DNA from: an uncultured bacterium
GTDB taxonomy: Bacteria; Patescibacteriota; Minisyncoccia; UBA6257; 2-01-FULL-56-20
Length of the DNA: 43,867 nucleotides
Assembly: GCA_963830935.1 (NCBI GenBank)
Contig: CAWHOC010000002.1
Location: 1-43,867, forward strand
Reading direction: 5' to 3'
The translations under genes and the position numbers were made by a program. This document shows, one piece after another, positions 27,442 to 36,143 of the stretch. Positions within the stretch are counted from its first letter, which is position 1, and each line of letters starts with the position of its first letter. The notes beneath the pieces are model-generated. The model saw nothing but the letters and a program-made list of their open reading frames with translations, did no database searches and was not told the DNA's origin.

Positions 27442-27777
27442 ATGTCTCGAAAGCGAAATGGTTTCAAAGGGGAAAGAACGATCGAGTTCAAGTACCTGAA
27501 GAAAGAGGATCGGTGGCGCCTAGTCAGGAAGAGCGTTGATTCCGAGATAAAAAATATACTCGGAGCAAAGGCGCTTCGCATGCCGACCACAATTGATTCT
27601 CCGTTCATACCGTCGGAGTTCCTCCCAAAATTATACGCTACGCTTGCCTTGCACAATCTTGAAGCCGGCAAACTAGGGGCGTTCTACGGGTCGTCCGAAG
27701 ACGGCTTCGGGGTTTCGACGGATTCCTACAGTGTCGAGATCACGATACGGGAGCGGCATACAAAACCCAGTGCGTAA
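27442..27777 (+). CDS. hypothetical protein
   Basis: ATG 27442 is preceded by aggagagg. 111 aa inside the longer 27205 track ORF. No family recognised. Confidence 0.45.
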   Translation: MSRKRNGFKGERTIEFKYLKKEDRWRLVRKSVDSEIKNILGAKALRMPTTIDSPFIPSEFLPKLYATLALHNLEAGKLGAFYGSSEDGFGVSTDSYSVEITIRERHTKPSA

Positions 27778-27832
27778 AGCTTCACTATTGAAGGATGGAC
27801 CAGCTCCATCCTTTTTTCTATCTCATGCGCGG

Positions 27833-29119
27833 CTAGCTGATCACCACTTTTGCGATCGCGTAGATGCTCCTGATGGTATATTTCGAAGTAAAAATGACAT
27901 TATTGCCGTCCACGATATATGGGTCTTTCATGATGTAATTCCCCCTACTGCCGCTCACAAGTACCACGAAGTGGGTGCCGCCGTAGGCGTTGATGCCGAC
28001 GATAACTGGGTTGCCCGTGGCGAGCGTCGCGTCGATGGCCGCGGTCTTCCGCGTGGCGGTTATGCCGTCCACATCAATGCTCGTCAAAAGATATGCCGGT
28101 TCGTATGCCGCAAAATCGTTCGGATTGGAATTGATGGTGACCGGCGTCACGTCTTTGTACCCGTAGTGGGTGAGCACCATCGCCATCGCGGTCACGAGGC
28201 ATCCGTCCGCCGCCATGGAGTAACTCGTGCCGTCGAGCGGTAAACTGCCCCACGCGCTGTCGCGTTGATTATAATAACAACCCCACGAATCGCAGATGGT
28301 CTGATTGCCGAGCAATTTGGAACCGCCCGCATTCGCCGCGAACGCGGAGAAACTGTTTAACTCGGCGTTTGCCGCGGCGAGGAGCTTCTCATACGTTGCT
28401 TCCTGCGCATTCGTCTCGGTAAGCAGTTGCGCTTTTGATTGTTCGGTCGAGACGAGCGATTGCTGCTGCGCCGTGAGCGATTGCTGCTGCGCCGTGAGCG
28501 TGCTCTGCTTCTGCTCGGAGGCGGTTTGGGTGCTGGCAAGCGAGCTCTCCTGCGACTTGAGGGTCTGCATCTCGTTTTGGATGCCTTCCTGGATCTGCAG
28601 CGTCTGATTGAGATCGCTCCACGATTGCACGAGCCCGCCGGACGAGAGCATCTGCTGGATGAGCGGTTTTGCATCCGCTTTTTGCAAGCTCAACAGATAC
28701 GCGCTGAGCGCCGTCTGATCGGTGGCGATCGTTTGCTGGGCGTTCGTGATCTCGCCTCCAAGCTGCTGGATCTGGATCTGCGTATTTTGGATCTGCGTTT
28801 GGGTCAGTGTGATCTGGGTCTGGACCTTCTTCTTCTGGAGATCAAGGCCGTTGATCGCCGCCTGAAGTGTCTTTTTATTCGCCCCGACCTGCTGGAGCTC
28901 CGCTTGGTATTGCGCGATCTGAGTATTGAGGGCGGCCATCGCCGCGTTATTGGCGTCGAGCTGGGCCTGCAGGGAGCTCGTGCTCACGCCGATGTTCGCG
29001 GTGCTCGTGGACGCGGCCGTCACTTGCGCGTAGGCGACAAAAATGGCGCGCCCCGCGATGGCGCTAAAGAGTGTGGCGAGAGAAAGCGCCACTGCGAGCG
29101 CTAAAAGGATCCTTTTCAT
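27833..29119 (-). CDS. secreted coiled-coil protein with a C-terminal papain-like (C39/CHAP-like) cysteine peptidase domain (PcsB-like architecture)
   Basis: Signal peptide MKRILLALAVALSLATLFSA, a long Q/T/L-rich coiled coil, and a C-terminal domain with DGCLVTAMAMVL (Cys nucleophile context) and GGTHFVVL. Confidence 0.65.
   Translation of the reverse strand: MKRILLALAVALSLATLFSAIAGRAIFVAYAQVTAASTSTANIGVSTSSLQAQLDANNAAMAALNTQIAQYQAELQQVGANKKTLQAAINGLDLQKKKVQTQITLTQTQIQNTQIQIQQLGGEITNAQQTIATDQTALSAYLLSLQKADAKPLIQQMLSSGGLVQSWSDLNQTLQIQEGIQNEMQTLKSQESSLASTQTASEQKQSTLTAQQQSLTAQQQSLVSTEQSKAQLLTETNAQEATYEKLLAAANAELNSFSAFAANAGGSKLLGNQTICDSWGCYYNQRDSAWGSLPLDGTSYSMAADGCLVTAMAMVLTHYGYKDVTPVTINSNPNDFAAYEPAYLLTSIDVDGITATRKTAAIDATLATGNPVIVGINAYGGTHFVVLVSGSRGNYIMKDPYIVDGNNVIFTSKYTIRSIYAIAKVVIS
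28454..28500 (-). repeat. 21-nt tandem repeat (2.2 copies) inside the coiled-coil gene, encoding TAQQQSL x2
   Basis: gagcgattgctgctgcgccgt at 28454-28474 and again at 28475-28495, followed by a partial third unit. Confidence 0.85.
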
Positions 29120-29198
29120 GATTATAGCCCGAACACGTTGTTATATACCCCAATAAGCTTCATATTATTCCATTATAACACTGGAATAATGGGGCGGA

Positions 29199-30098
29199 CT
29201 ATAGTTTTAACTTCTTGATGTAATCCTCAAAATCCCCGCGCAGATCCTCATGCCGGAGGCCGAACGTGACGACCGCTTTAAGATATTCCAATTTGCTTCC
29301 GCAATCATACCATTCGCCGTTCATGATCTTGAGCGCCTGACACTTCCTTCCACGCTCAAGCAGGATCTTGATAGCATCAATATAAATGAGTTCCCGTCCG
29401 CTGCTCGCGTCATGGCGTTTCATCGCTTCCTCGATGGCATTGAACATTTCCGGCTCATAGATGGAACCGCCGATGACTGCGTAATCAGAATCAACATTCC
29501 CCATGCCCGGCTTTTCCACGAGTTCGGCGACATCCAATAATCCCGGCTTAACTTCTTTACCCGTTGCATATCCGTATCGATCGTAATCCCTACTCCTGTT
29601 TTTGGTGACGCTTGCGAGCATGACGCTCGCGTCCGATTCCCCGAACGCCTTCGTCAATTGTTGTGAGCGGGTAGGGGTCGCGTCCATGAATTCATCGCCC
29701 CATAGTACGAGGAACGGTTCGTCGCCGACGACGGCGCGCGCGTTCCAAATCGCCGTCGCGCTGCCGACGGGTCCCTTCTGCCGTACGAAATAAAAATTCG
29801 CCAAATTGGCGATCTTGCGGATCTCTTCTAGTTCTGCGGTTTTTCCCGAGGCCTCCAACCGCTTTTCCAACTCGTAGGGATAATCGAAGTGATCCTCGAT
29901 GCTGCGCTTGAGCGATCCGGTGACGATGATGATGTCTTCGATGCCTGCCGAGACGGCATCCTCCACCACGTACTGGATGATCGGCTTATCGACGACCGGC
30001 AGCATCTCTTTCGGCTGGGCCTTCGTCGCCGGCAAAAATCGTGTCCCGAATCCCGCCGCCGGGATGATGGCTTTTCGTATCTTCTTACGCGTGGACAT
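29199..30098 (-). CDS. galU: UTP--glucose-1-phosphate uridylyltransferase
   Basis: IIPAAGFGTRFLPATKAQPKEMLPVVDKPIIQY and LWGDEF. Confidence 0.9.
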   Translation of the reverse strand: MSTRKKIRKAIIPAAGFGTRFLPATKAQPKEMLPVVDKPIIQYVVEDAVSAGIEDIIIVTGSLKRSIEDHFDYPYELEKRLEASGKTAELEEIRKIANLANFYFVRQKGPVGSATAIWNARAVVGDEPFLVLWGDEFMDATPTRSQQLTKAFGESDASVMLASVTKNRSRDYDRYGYATGKEVKPGLLDVAELVEKPGMGNVDSDYAVIGGSIYEPEMFNAIEEAMKRHDASSGRELIYIDAIKILLERGRKCQALKIMNGEWYDCGSKLEYLKAVVTFGLRHEDLRGDFEDYIKKLKL

Positions 30099-30118
30099 TC
30101 TTCGTAGTGCGTCCGATT

Positions 30119-30238
30119 CTATTTTTTCCTGCGACCGGCCTTCTTTGCCTCAAGCATGAGCCGCTTTGCTTCGAGCCGCTTCTTGGTCTTTTTGGAATGC
30201 GATCGCTGCCCGGTTATCCACGTTCCTCGTTTTGCCAT
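30119..30238 (-). CDS. candidate 39-aa highly basic small protein (MAKRGTWITGQRSHSKKTKKRLEAKRLMLEAKKAGRRKK)
   Basis: Not in the track. Lies 20 nt upstream of galU on the same strand. Ribosomal-protein-like composition, but no family recognised. Confidence 0.3.
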   Translation of the reverse strand: MAKRGTWITGQRSHSKKTKKRLEAKRLMLEAKKAGRRKK

Positions 30239-30316
30239 GGGTGTATGTTGATTAATGTGAAATGAGTATAACAGAAAGCCCTCATAAAGGGAAGGGAGGC
30301 CGCGCGCTGGCGCGGA

Positions 30317-30353
30317 AAATAAAAATCCCCTCAGGCCTTATCGGTCTGAGGGG
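30317..30353 (-). terminator. rho-independent terminator at the end of the 30331-30757 gene
   Basis: cccctcag-loop-ctgagggg, followed on the minus strand by ATTTTTATTT. Confidence 0.6.
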
Positions 30354-30757
30354 CTGGCTTTTTCTTCGATCCTACGAAGAATGCGACTCCGGAAACGGTC
30401 CCGAATGGGAACGGGACAATTAAGGCAATCCCAACGGCGATGAACAATCTTTTTGTCAGCGACACGGAACCCCCGATTTTATTTGCTGATCTTTCGTGAG
30501 ATAGACACCCCAATCCTTCCGAGGCCGCCAATCACCCAAAGCGTCACGACGAACAGGATGAAACAGCCGAAAGGAGTAAGGCTCAATTCGAAAGGGGGGA
30601 GCATCTCGCTCGGATCGCCGACGACGATCGCGATAAAGGCGATCACTATCGTCAACACCAAAGCCGCTATTAAACAATAATCGGATAACCGTCGAAGCGT
30701 ATCCCGGCGGCGCGTCCGATTGGCTTCTGTGGTCGAACAAACATAGAGCTGCGTCAT
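30331..30757 (-). CDS. hypothetical membrane protein; probably one frameshift (~30485)
   Basis: Two overlapping track ORFs (30479-30757 and 30331-30531). Both are hydrophobic and tile head to tail. Confidence 0.4.
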
Positions 30758-30854
30758 CAGTTCCTCCTATGAATTCGGCCCCAAAAGTTCAGTGCCGCGT
30801 ATATCTTAACGTAAAAATGGGCATTGGTCAAATAAATTCCGCGCGAGCGGACCG

Positions 30855-31316
30855 TCAGTGGACGTAGAGGCTTACGAATAAGGCGATCCCGGAGAGAATG
30901 GAGATGCCCCAGGCACAGGAGAACACTATCGTCAGACCTCGGTGGCGGAGAAAATAATTCTCTCCGTGTTTGTATCCGCGCGCGGCGACGAGAAAGAAAA
31001 CGATGAGCGCGACGAACATGACGAGCGAAAATATTCCGTGGAACGCGCCGAGAAATGTCTGGTACGGATTCAGGACGCCGTCGTCCTGTCCGCCGATCTC
31101 GCGCGAGACCATATAAGAGATGTTGAAGATCGCCTCGTATCCGAGCACGCAGAAGGCGAACCATCGGAGAAATTTGCCGGTCCGGTAAGATCTCCAGATA
31201 ATGAAATAAATCGAGGCGGTCACGAGGAGCTCGGCACACAGCGTCACTGCGCTCCAGAAGGGGATGTGCATTGATTCCATTATATCAATTAACGGTAGGA
31301 CCGAATATCGATTCAA
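30855..31316 (-). CDS. polytopic membrane protein (tentatively DUF420/CtaM-like)
   Basis: Four hydrophobic spans. ARGYKHGENYFLRHRGLTIVF resembles the conserved loop of the family as recalled. The start may be the internal Met (~31280). Confidence 0.5.
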   Translation of the reverse strand: MNRYSVLPLIDIMESMHIPFWSAVTLCAELLVTASIYFIIWRSYRTGKFLRWFAFCVLGYEAIFNISYMVSREIGGQDDGVLNPYQTFLGAFHGIFSLVMFVALIVFFLVAARGYKHGENYFLRHRGLTIVFSCAWGISILSGIALFVSLYVH

Positions 31317-31626
31317 CTGATTTCAGGGCTTCCACATGATCTTCATTCGAATGGCCGCAATAGAGTGCGACGTTCTCGCGAGCCAGCCGCTTGATCTCCG
31401 CGTCGGCAATCTGGAAATACACCGTCTTCATCGCTTCGTCGGGGACAAAAACAAGGTGGGACGTTCCTTTAAGCTCCTCCTCCCACAATTCCATATCTCT
31501 CTTGTCCGCCAGCTGGGTAAGTTGGGCGATCGTTCCCGGATTGTTCGCGAACGCGCATTCGAGCGCGTGGCATTCCGCCTCGTCCAGTTCCACGCTCCCC
31601 GGCGCCCGCTCCATATAATTTCTCAT
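31285..31626 (-). CDS. hypothetical protein
   Basis: 113-aa ORF. No family recognised. Confidence 0.4.
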   Translation of the reverse strand: MRNYMERAPGSVELDEAECHALECAFANNPGTIAQLTQLADKRDMELWEEELKGTSHLVFVPDEAMKTVYFQIADAEIKRLARENVALYCGHSNEDHVEALKSVESIFGPTVN

Positions 31627-31638
31627 ATATCTTTATGC

Positions 31639-32301
31639 CTATGCCGCCTTAGACCCCTCAATAAAATCTTCCAATTCGGCGATCTCGTTGTTCAACTGCA
31701 TAAGAAGCACCCTGTCGTCCGGTGTCCATGCATCGGTCCCGACATAGGTTTCGAGATTCGCCTTTCTCTCTTTTAGGGCAGCCAACTTTGCCAGAGGATC
31801 TTCCGATTGCTCCGGCTCGGCTTGGATACGTTCCCGCTTTCCGAAGAATGACATGATCTTATTGTAATACGCGTCCGGATTTATACAACCGTTGCCCGAT
31901 GCTTCTCGCACCGGCATCCTTTTGGCTTGATGAACTTGTCGAAATATTCTTTTCCGTAATCGTAGGTGAGCTCGCTGCCTGCCTTGATGCGCTTGCGGGA
32001 AAGGATGAATATTTTGCCGAACGGCCCGGTGGCTTCGCAGTTCGGCCTGCAGGAGTGATTGATGTAGCGGGCGCGGATTTGAGCGGACATTCCCGTCGAT
32101 CGTCTTTCGCGGGCTTACCTCAAAAAGATATTTGCCGCCGTCTTCTTCCGCCTCTTTTTCGCTCACAACGCGGCCCGTGTACTCGATGATGCATGCCCCT
32201 TTCGGGATGTCTTCTTCGGTAAAGAGCCCCTTGCCCGTCAACGACCGGCGCACCGCAAGTTTATATCCCCGCGGGGTGTATTTGGAAATTCGTTTTTTCA
32301 T
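31639..32301 (-). CDS. SET-domain protein (lysine methyltransferase-like) with a C-terminal extension; two compensating frameshifts (~32072, ~31905)
   Basis: GKGLFTEEDIPKGACIIEYTGRVV and YLFEV are in the long ORF. ARYINHSCRPNCEA and ELTYDYG are in the alternative frame (31881-32090). Confidence 0.7.
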   Translation of the reverse strand: MKKRISKYTPRGYKLAVRRSLTGKGLFTEEDIPKGACIIEYTGRVVSEKEAEEDGGKYLFEVSPRKTIDGNVRSNPRPLHQSLLQAELRSHRAVRQNIHPFPQAHQGRQRAHLRLRKRIFRQVHQAKRMPVREASGNGCINPDAYYNKIMSFFGKRERIQAEPEQSEDPLAKLAALKERKANLETYVGTDAWTPDDRVLLMQLNNEIAELEDFIEGSKAA

Positions 32302-32416
32302 TTTTATTTATAATGATGAAATAAAAACAGCTCTCATATTTTAGCATAAAAAATCCGCCGATGCCGTAATGGCACGATGAAAGTTCGTACTGGAAGTATG
32401 GTAATCTTTTAATATC

Positions 32417-32862
32417 ATGAGAATACTGGAGTAGATTGCGGTAACGTCATTTTATATCCCTTCGGCGGGATAGTACCCGATTCGTTTGAAAGCCTGAAGG
32501 TCATTGCACAATCACACCGTTTTGACGGTATCTATATCGTATCGCGGGCGAATATCATTTCCCGATCTCTTTTTCTGTTCCGCCTTCAAAAAGCGAATTT
32601 TTGGGAAGAGACCGGTATCCCGAGGGAGAATATCTATTTTTGCCTGAAGAACCGAAAAAAGATCGACATTTGTAAAGAACTGGGCGTTACCGATTTCATC
32701 GACGACCGGATCTCGGTATTGAAACATATGGAAAGCCTTGAGCGATGTTTTATGTTCGCTCCAAAAAATGGCGGCGTAAGGAAATATCTCTATTCGCCGC
32801 CGTGGCTCACCCCCGTGCGTTCGTGGAATGAATTGGAACCGATGTTGCTTTCGCTATCTTAG
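32417..32862 (+). CDS. hypothetical protein (weak HAD/nucleotidase-like look); frameshift just after the start (~32429)
   Basis: Not in the track. ATG 32417 gives MRIL, then frame 1 is open from 32428 to TAG 32860-32862 (GVDCGNVILYPFGG...ELGVTDFIDDRISVLKHM...). It reads more protein-like than the antisense 32512-32727 ORF. Confidence 0.45.
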
Positions 32863-33239
32863 GGTCGTCCCTACGAATTGACTCACAAAGCAATGATTAG
32901 TTCGATGTGGGGGTATATGTTTCAGTAAAAACGCAGTTCGCTGTTATTCCTGCATGGATTCCCTCGATTTGCGAGCAACCAGCGCTGGCAAGAGAAGTAT
33001 AATATGGGATTTCAGAAATATTTGCCCCAACAAACAAATCTGGGCTCACTATAATAAAGGTCTGCCGCGACTGCGTGGCCGGGAAAAGAGGATAAAGTCG
33101 GATCATGGCCGTTAATTTTTACCATAAAATTAGAAGGCGTTGCAGTTCCGCCCTGGTGAGTTATTGACTACGACCGATATATTGTAGCCCGCCTGTGGGC
33201 TATTTGGGGGCAAGGCGGTAATAGCTACCGGCGCTTGAC

Positions 33240-34230
33240 TCAGTGTTCGCTGTTCCAATAGTGCTCAAAGGTATTCAGTCCCGCAGGAAAGATGGAGGTT
33301 GCCCCATCGTCGCACGCAAAGTCGGTGCATTTGTCCAAGCGAACTATTTCAATTACAGGGTATGACGTATCGCCTCCGCTCGTCAGCGAAAAACTTGCAC
33401 TGGCCCGTACGATGCCATAAGCAATAACGCCATCCGCGAGGCCTCCACTGGAATACATGGCCGTATGATTTAAATCTGGTCGTCGCGAGGTAGTTGAGGA
33501 TCTGCAACATGATGCGATTGGTCGCCGAATTAATCCCGGCCAGCGGAGCGATTTCAAGATAGTTTTCTGTACCGCCACGCCCTCCTGCACCGAGGAAGTC
33601 AAAGACTATGCCAGCCACTTTAACCTGCTTACCGAGATAATAGCCAGGGTCATTTAAAATATCCGGGAGGCTTGTACTTGCATAGGCATCCCAGCCGGAA
33701 ACAACGGAAATCGCTGGCCGGGTAGGGGGTTGAAGTTGACTGGATCCCGTCGGTATCACTACCGGAGTTTTATTACCTTTCACAGTTCCACTCGATAGGG
33801 TTGGACCTACTTGCGTCCACGTGCCACATCCCGCAGACTGAAATCCCGCATCGGTTGGAGCGATAGTGACAATTGCGCTTCCATCACTATTCTCGTTCGC
33901 GATGATATCGCTATCAGTGCCGCCAAAACCACTTAGTCGTGCGTAATAGCAATTATTGCCACCGCCACTCGTGCGGTAGGTACCCGGTTCAATGTCATTG
34001 CCCACAATAAACGTGCCATCATTAAAACTTATTGCTGGCCCCGTAGATGTTGCAACTGCTGCGACCTCATTTCCTCCTTGCGGTGATGTATCTTCTGTGA
34101 CAGGAGATGTTGTTCCCGAGTTTGATGCACTTGAACCAATAAGTGCGATGAAGCCGAAGATAGCGGCCACTACTACAACGCCAATTATTACCCCCGCCAT
34201 GGACTTTTTTTGCGGAGTCCCTTTATCCAT
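33240..34230 (-). CDS. membrane-anchored secreted hypothetical protein; one frameshift (~33470)
   Basis: N-terminal anchor MAGVIIGVVVVAAIFGFIALIG and a Ser/Thr/Gly-rich ectodomain. The C-terminal part continues in the 33240-33602 ORF. Confidence 0.5.
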
Positions 34231-34243
34231 ATCAGTTGTTGAT

Positions 34244-34498
34244 CTAATTATATGGGTGGACTGTGCTCAAATCAACTGACCTAAGTTTTATAGCAGCTCC
34301 GCAGAATGGACAAGTAACGACACTGCCATTAGACGCTTTTCGAGCGATAAATTGGACGGACTTCGAGCGGGAACTGCGGTATTCCGGCATCTTGGAGATC
34401 GTGCCGCATGCTAAATAGGCCATTAGAACCAGCAAAAATCGGCATATTGACACAGCAATCCACTCATAGTATAATAAAGGCGTTCTTTTACAACTCAT
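34244..34498 (-). CDS. small membrane/zinc-ribbon-like hypothetical protein
   Basis: Read from the internal Met (MSCKRTPLL...) with a TM span and TCPFCGAAI. Ends 14 nt before the next gene start. Confidence 0.3.
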   Translation of the reverse strand: MSCKRTPLLYYEWIAVSICRFLLVLMAYLACGTISKMPEYRSSRSKSVQFIARKASNGSVVTCPFCGAAIKLRSVDLSTVHPYN

Positions 34499-34595
34499 GC
34501 GGGATATAGCTTCCAGCTCATATGCGCTTGTGATCTGAAAGCTATAACCCGTTTTATCCAAAATCCAAAAGGCGGAATAGCAGAAGGAGGTTGCC

Positions 34596-35227
34596 ATGAG
34601 CAACCCAACATTCGATCAGGCGTTCCAGCTTCTCTCCGTCGTCCGCGAGGCCGACAAAAACCTTGAAGGACTCCAAGCGCTCTACACGACCGGGCTCCTC
34701 TCTGACCTTCTGAAGGCAGAGAACCTCGCCAAAGTGGATCGTGAGGCGTTCCGTAAACTCCTCGGTTTCGACCCCTCATCCTTCCGCGTGAAGAGGGCGC
34801 GGCAGAGACGACGGACGAGATCGCGGCTTACCTCAACGCAAACGGGTTCAACTACGTGAACGAGTGGATCAACCAGAAGAACTTTCCACTCAAAGCGAAG
34901 GAGATCCCCGAAGACGACGAGGTCGTAATCTACGATCCGGGCACGAGCTTCACGGAAGAAGAGGGTCTCGCGATCCTCAAGCGTGAAGGTCTGCTGCGGC
35001 CGACTTACGAGCACGGGCTGCGCTTTGCACGGGAGCATGGAACGACTACGACTTCCGCAAAGAAGCCCTTTGTCATCTTCCTGCACGAACCTTGGCGGGA
35101 CCCGAGCGGCGACCGTCGTATCGTCTGCGTGGACCGTAACCCCGACGACCGCGAGCTCTACTTGGTCTATCCCGACTGCGGGTTCGACGACCGCTGCGTG
35201 CTCGCCGGTGTCCGGCCTCGCAAGTAG
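34596..35227 (+). CDS. DGR target (variable) protein, ~210 aa, no signal peptide; one frameshift (~34780)
   Basis: The 34596-34859 ORF joins the frame open from 34757 (..GFDPSS / LPREEGAAETTDEIAAYLNANGFNYVNEWINQ..). The last ~44 codons are the VR (WRDPSGDRRIVCVDRNPDDRELYLVYPDCGFDDRCVLAGVRPRK). Confidence 0.75.
35092..35223 (+). repeat. DGR variable repeat (VR)
   Basis: Direct repeat of 35593-35729. Differs from the TR at 15 TR-adenine positions and 1 TR-cytosine position, plus one short unalignable patch. Confidence 0.85.
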
Positions 35228-35592
35228 TCCTCGGATTCTTTGTCCTTGGATCTTTGGGCCTTTTTCCCTTTGCCCGTTCCGATTTTGGAACCGGCATTTC
35301 TTTTTCTGAAAAATAAATCACAATAGAAAACGGAAGTAGATCAGCGTGCCCGCGGCTACGGCTTCGGACGGTCGAGCCTAACATCGCAAGCGCCGACGAG
35401 AGTGAAGCCGGCGCCGCCTTGCCGGAAAGAGCCGCATGCTTGCCGTTTTAAGAACGAGGATGCTTGGTGCGGGAAGTTGGAGGATTACCTATATGGGAGA
35501 TCCCAAATACGATACAGCTCCGAAGCTGTCGGCTTCGAGATAGCTCGCCCGACACCGAGGGGCAGTGGTGCTGATGACTTGCCGTACATTTT

Positions 35593-35729
35593 TTGGCAGG
35601 ACCCGAACGGCAACCGTCGTATCGTCTACGTGAACCGTAACCCCTCATAATCCGAAGCAAGCTCAACTTGAACTATCCCGACAACAAGTTCAACGACACC
35701 TGCGTGCTCGCCGGTGTCCGGCCTCGCAA
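35593..35729 (+). repeat. DGR template repeat (TR)
   Basis: Rich in AAC codons and has internal stops when translated. The 3' 28 nt (35700-35727) are A-free, GC-rich and identical to the VR end (IMH-like). Confidence 0.85.
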
Positions 35730-35738
35730 CCCTCTTCG

Positions 35739-36116
35739 TTATTTTACCGCCGCCCGGGGGAGTTGTTCTCGGCGGCAGCGTCACTTGCCGCAGCCAACCG
35801 CCGAGCATCCGACCAACCTCGTCAAGCGGTTCCGACAGCGCTACGTACTTCGAATTGTCGAGCACTTTAATTTCCCACCCGAGCTGAAGGAAGAACTTCA
35901 GCATGTCCAATTTTCCGACCGCTTCTTGGAGGTACGGACTTTTCTGTTCTTTGGGCAGAAAACTGGTACGTATAACAACTCATTATTCCAGAAACAGCTG
36001 CATCGACTTTCTCGCCGAAGCGGCACAGCGGCATTCGAAACATTTGGAAGGATGCCATACCAGAGCTTATACGCGGCCGTGAACTTTTGAAGGATCGGCA
36101 GGTCGCCGGTTCGCAT
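35739..36116 (-). CDS. avd: Avd-like accessory variability determinant (four-helix bundle); at least 2 frameshifts, 3' end uncertain
   Basis: N-terminus MRTGDLPILQKFTAAYKLWYGILP. C-terminal part SFLPKEQKSPYLQEAVGKLDMLKFFLQLGWEIKVLDNSKYVALSEPLDEVGRMLGGWLRQ, found in three minus-strand frames. Confidence 0.7.
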
Positions 36117-36143
36117 TCTTTATTCGTCTCCATATTTATTTTA

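Noticed and set aside
32512-32727. 71-aa minus-strand ORF.
   Set aside because: The plus strand (32417-32862) gives a longer, more protein-like product that spans the whole interval (IYIVSRA..., ELGVTDFIDDR...). The track missed it only because a frameshift removes its ATG.
32897-33106. 69-aa minus-strand ORF downstream of the secreted protein gene.
   Set aside because: No motif and no clear start context. It may be a further frameshifted fragment or non-coding.
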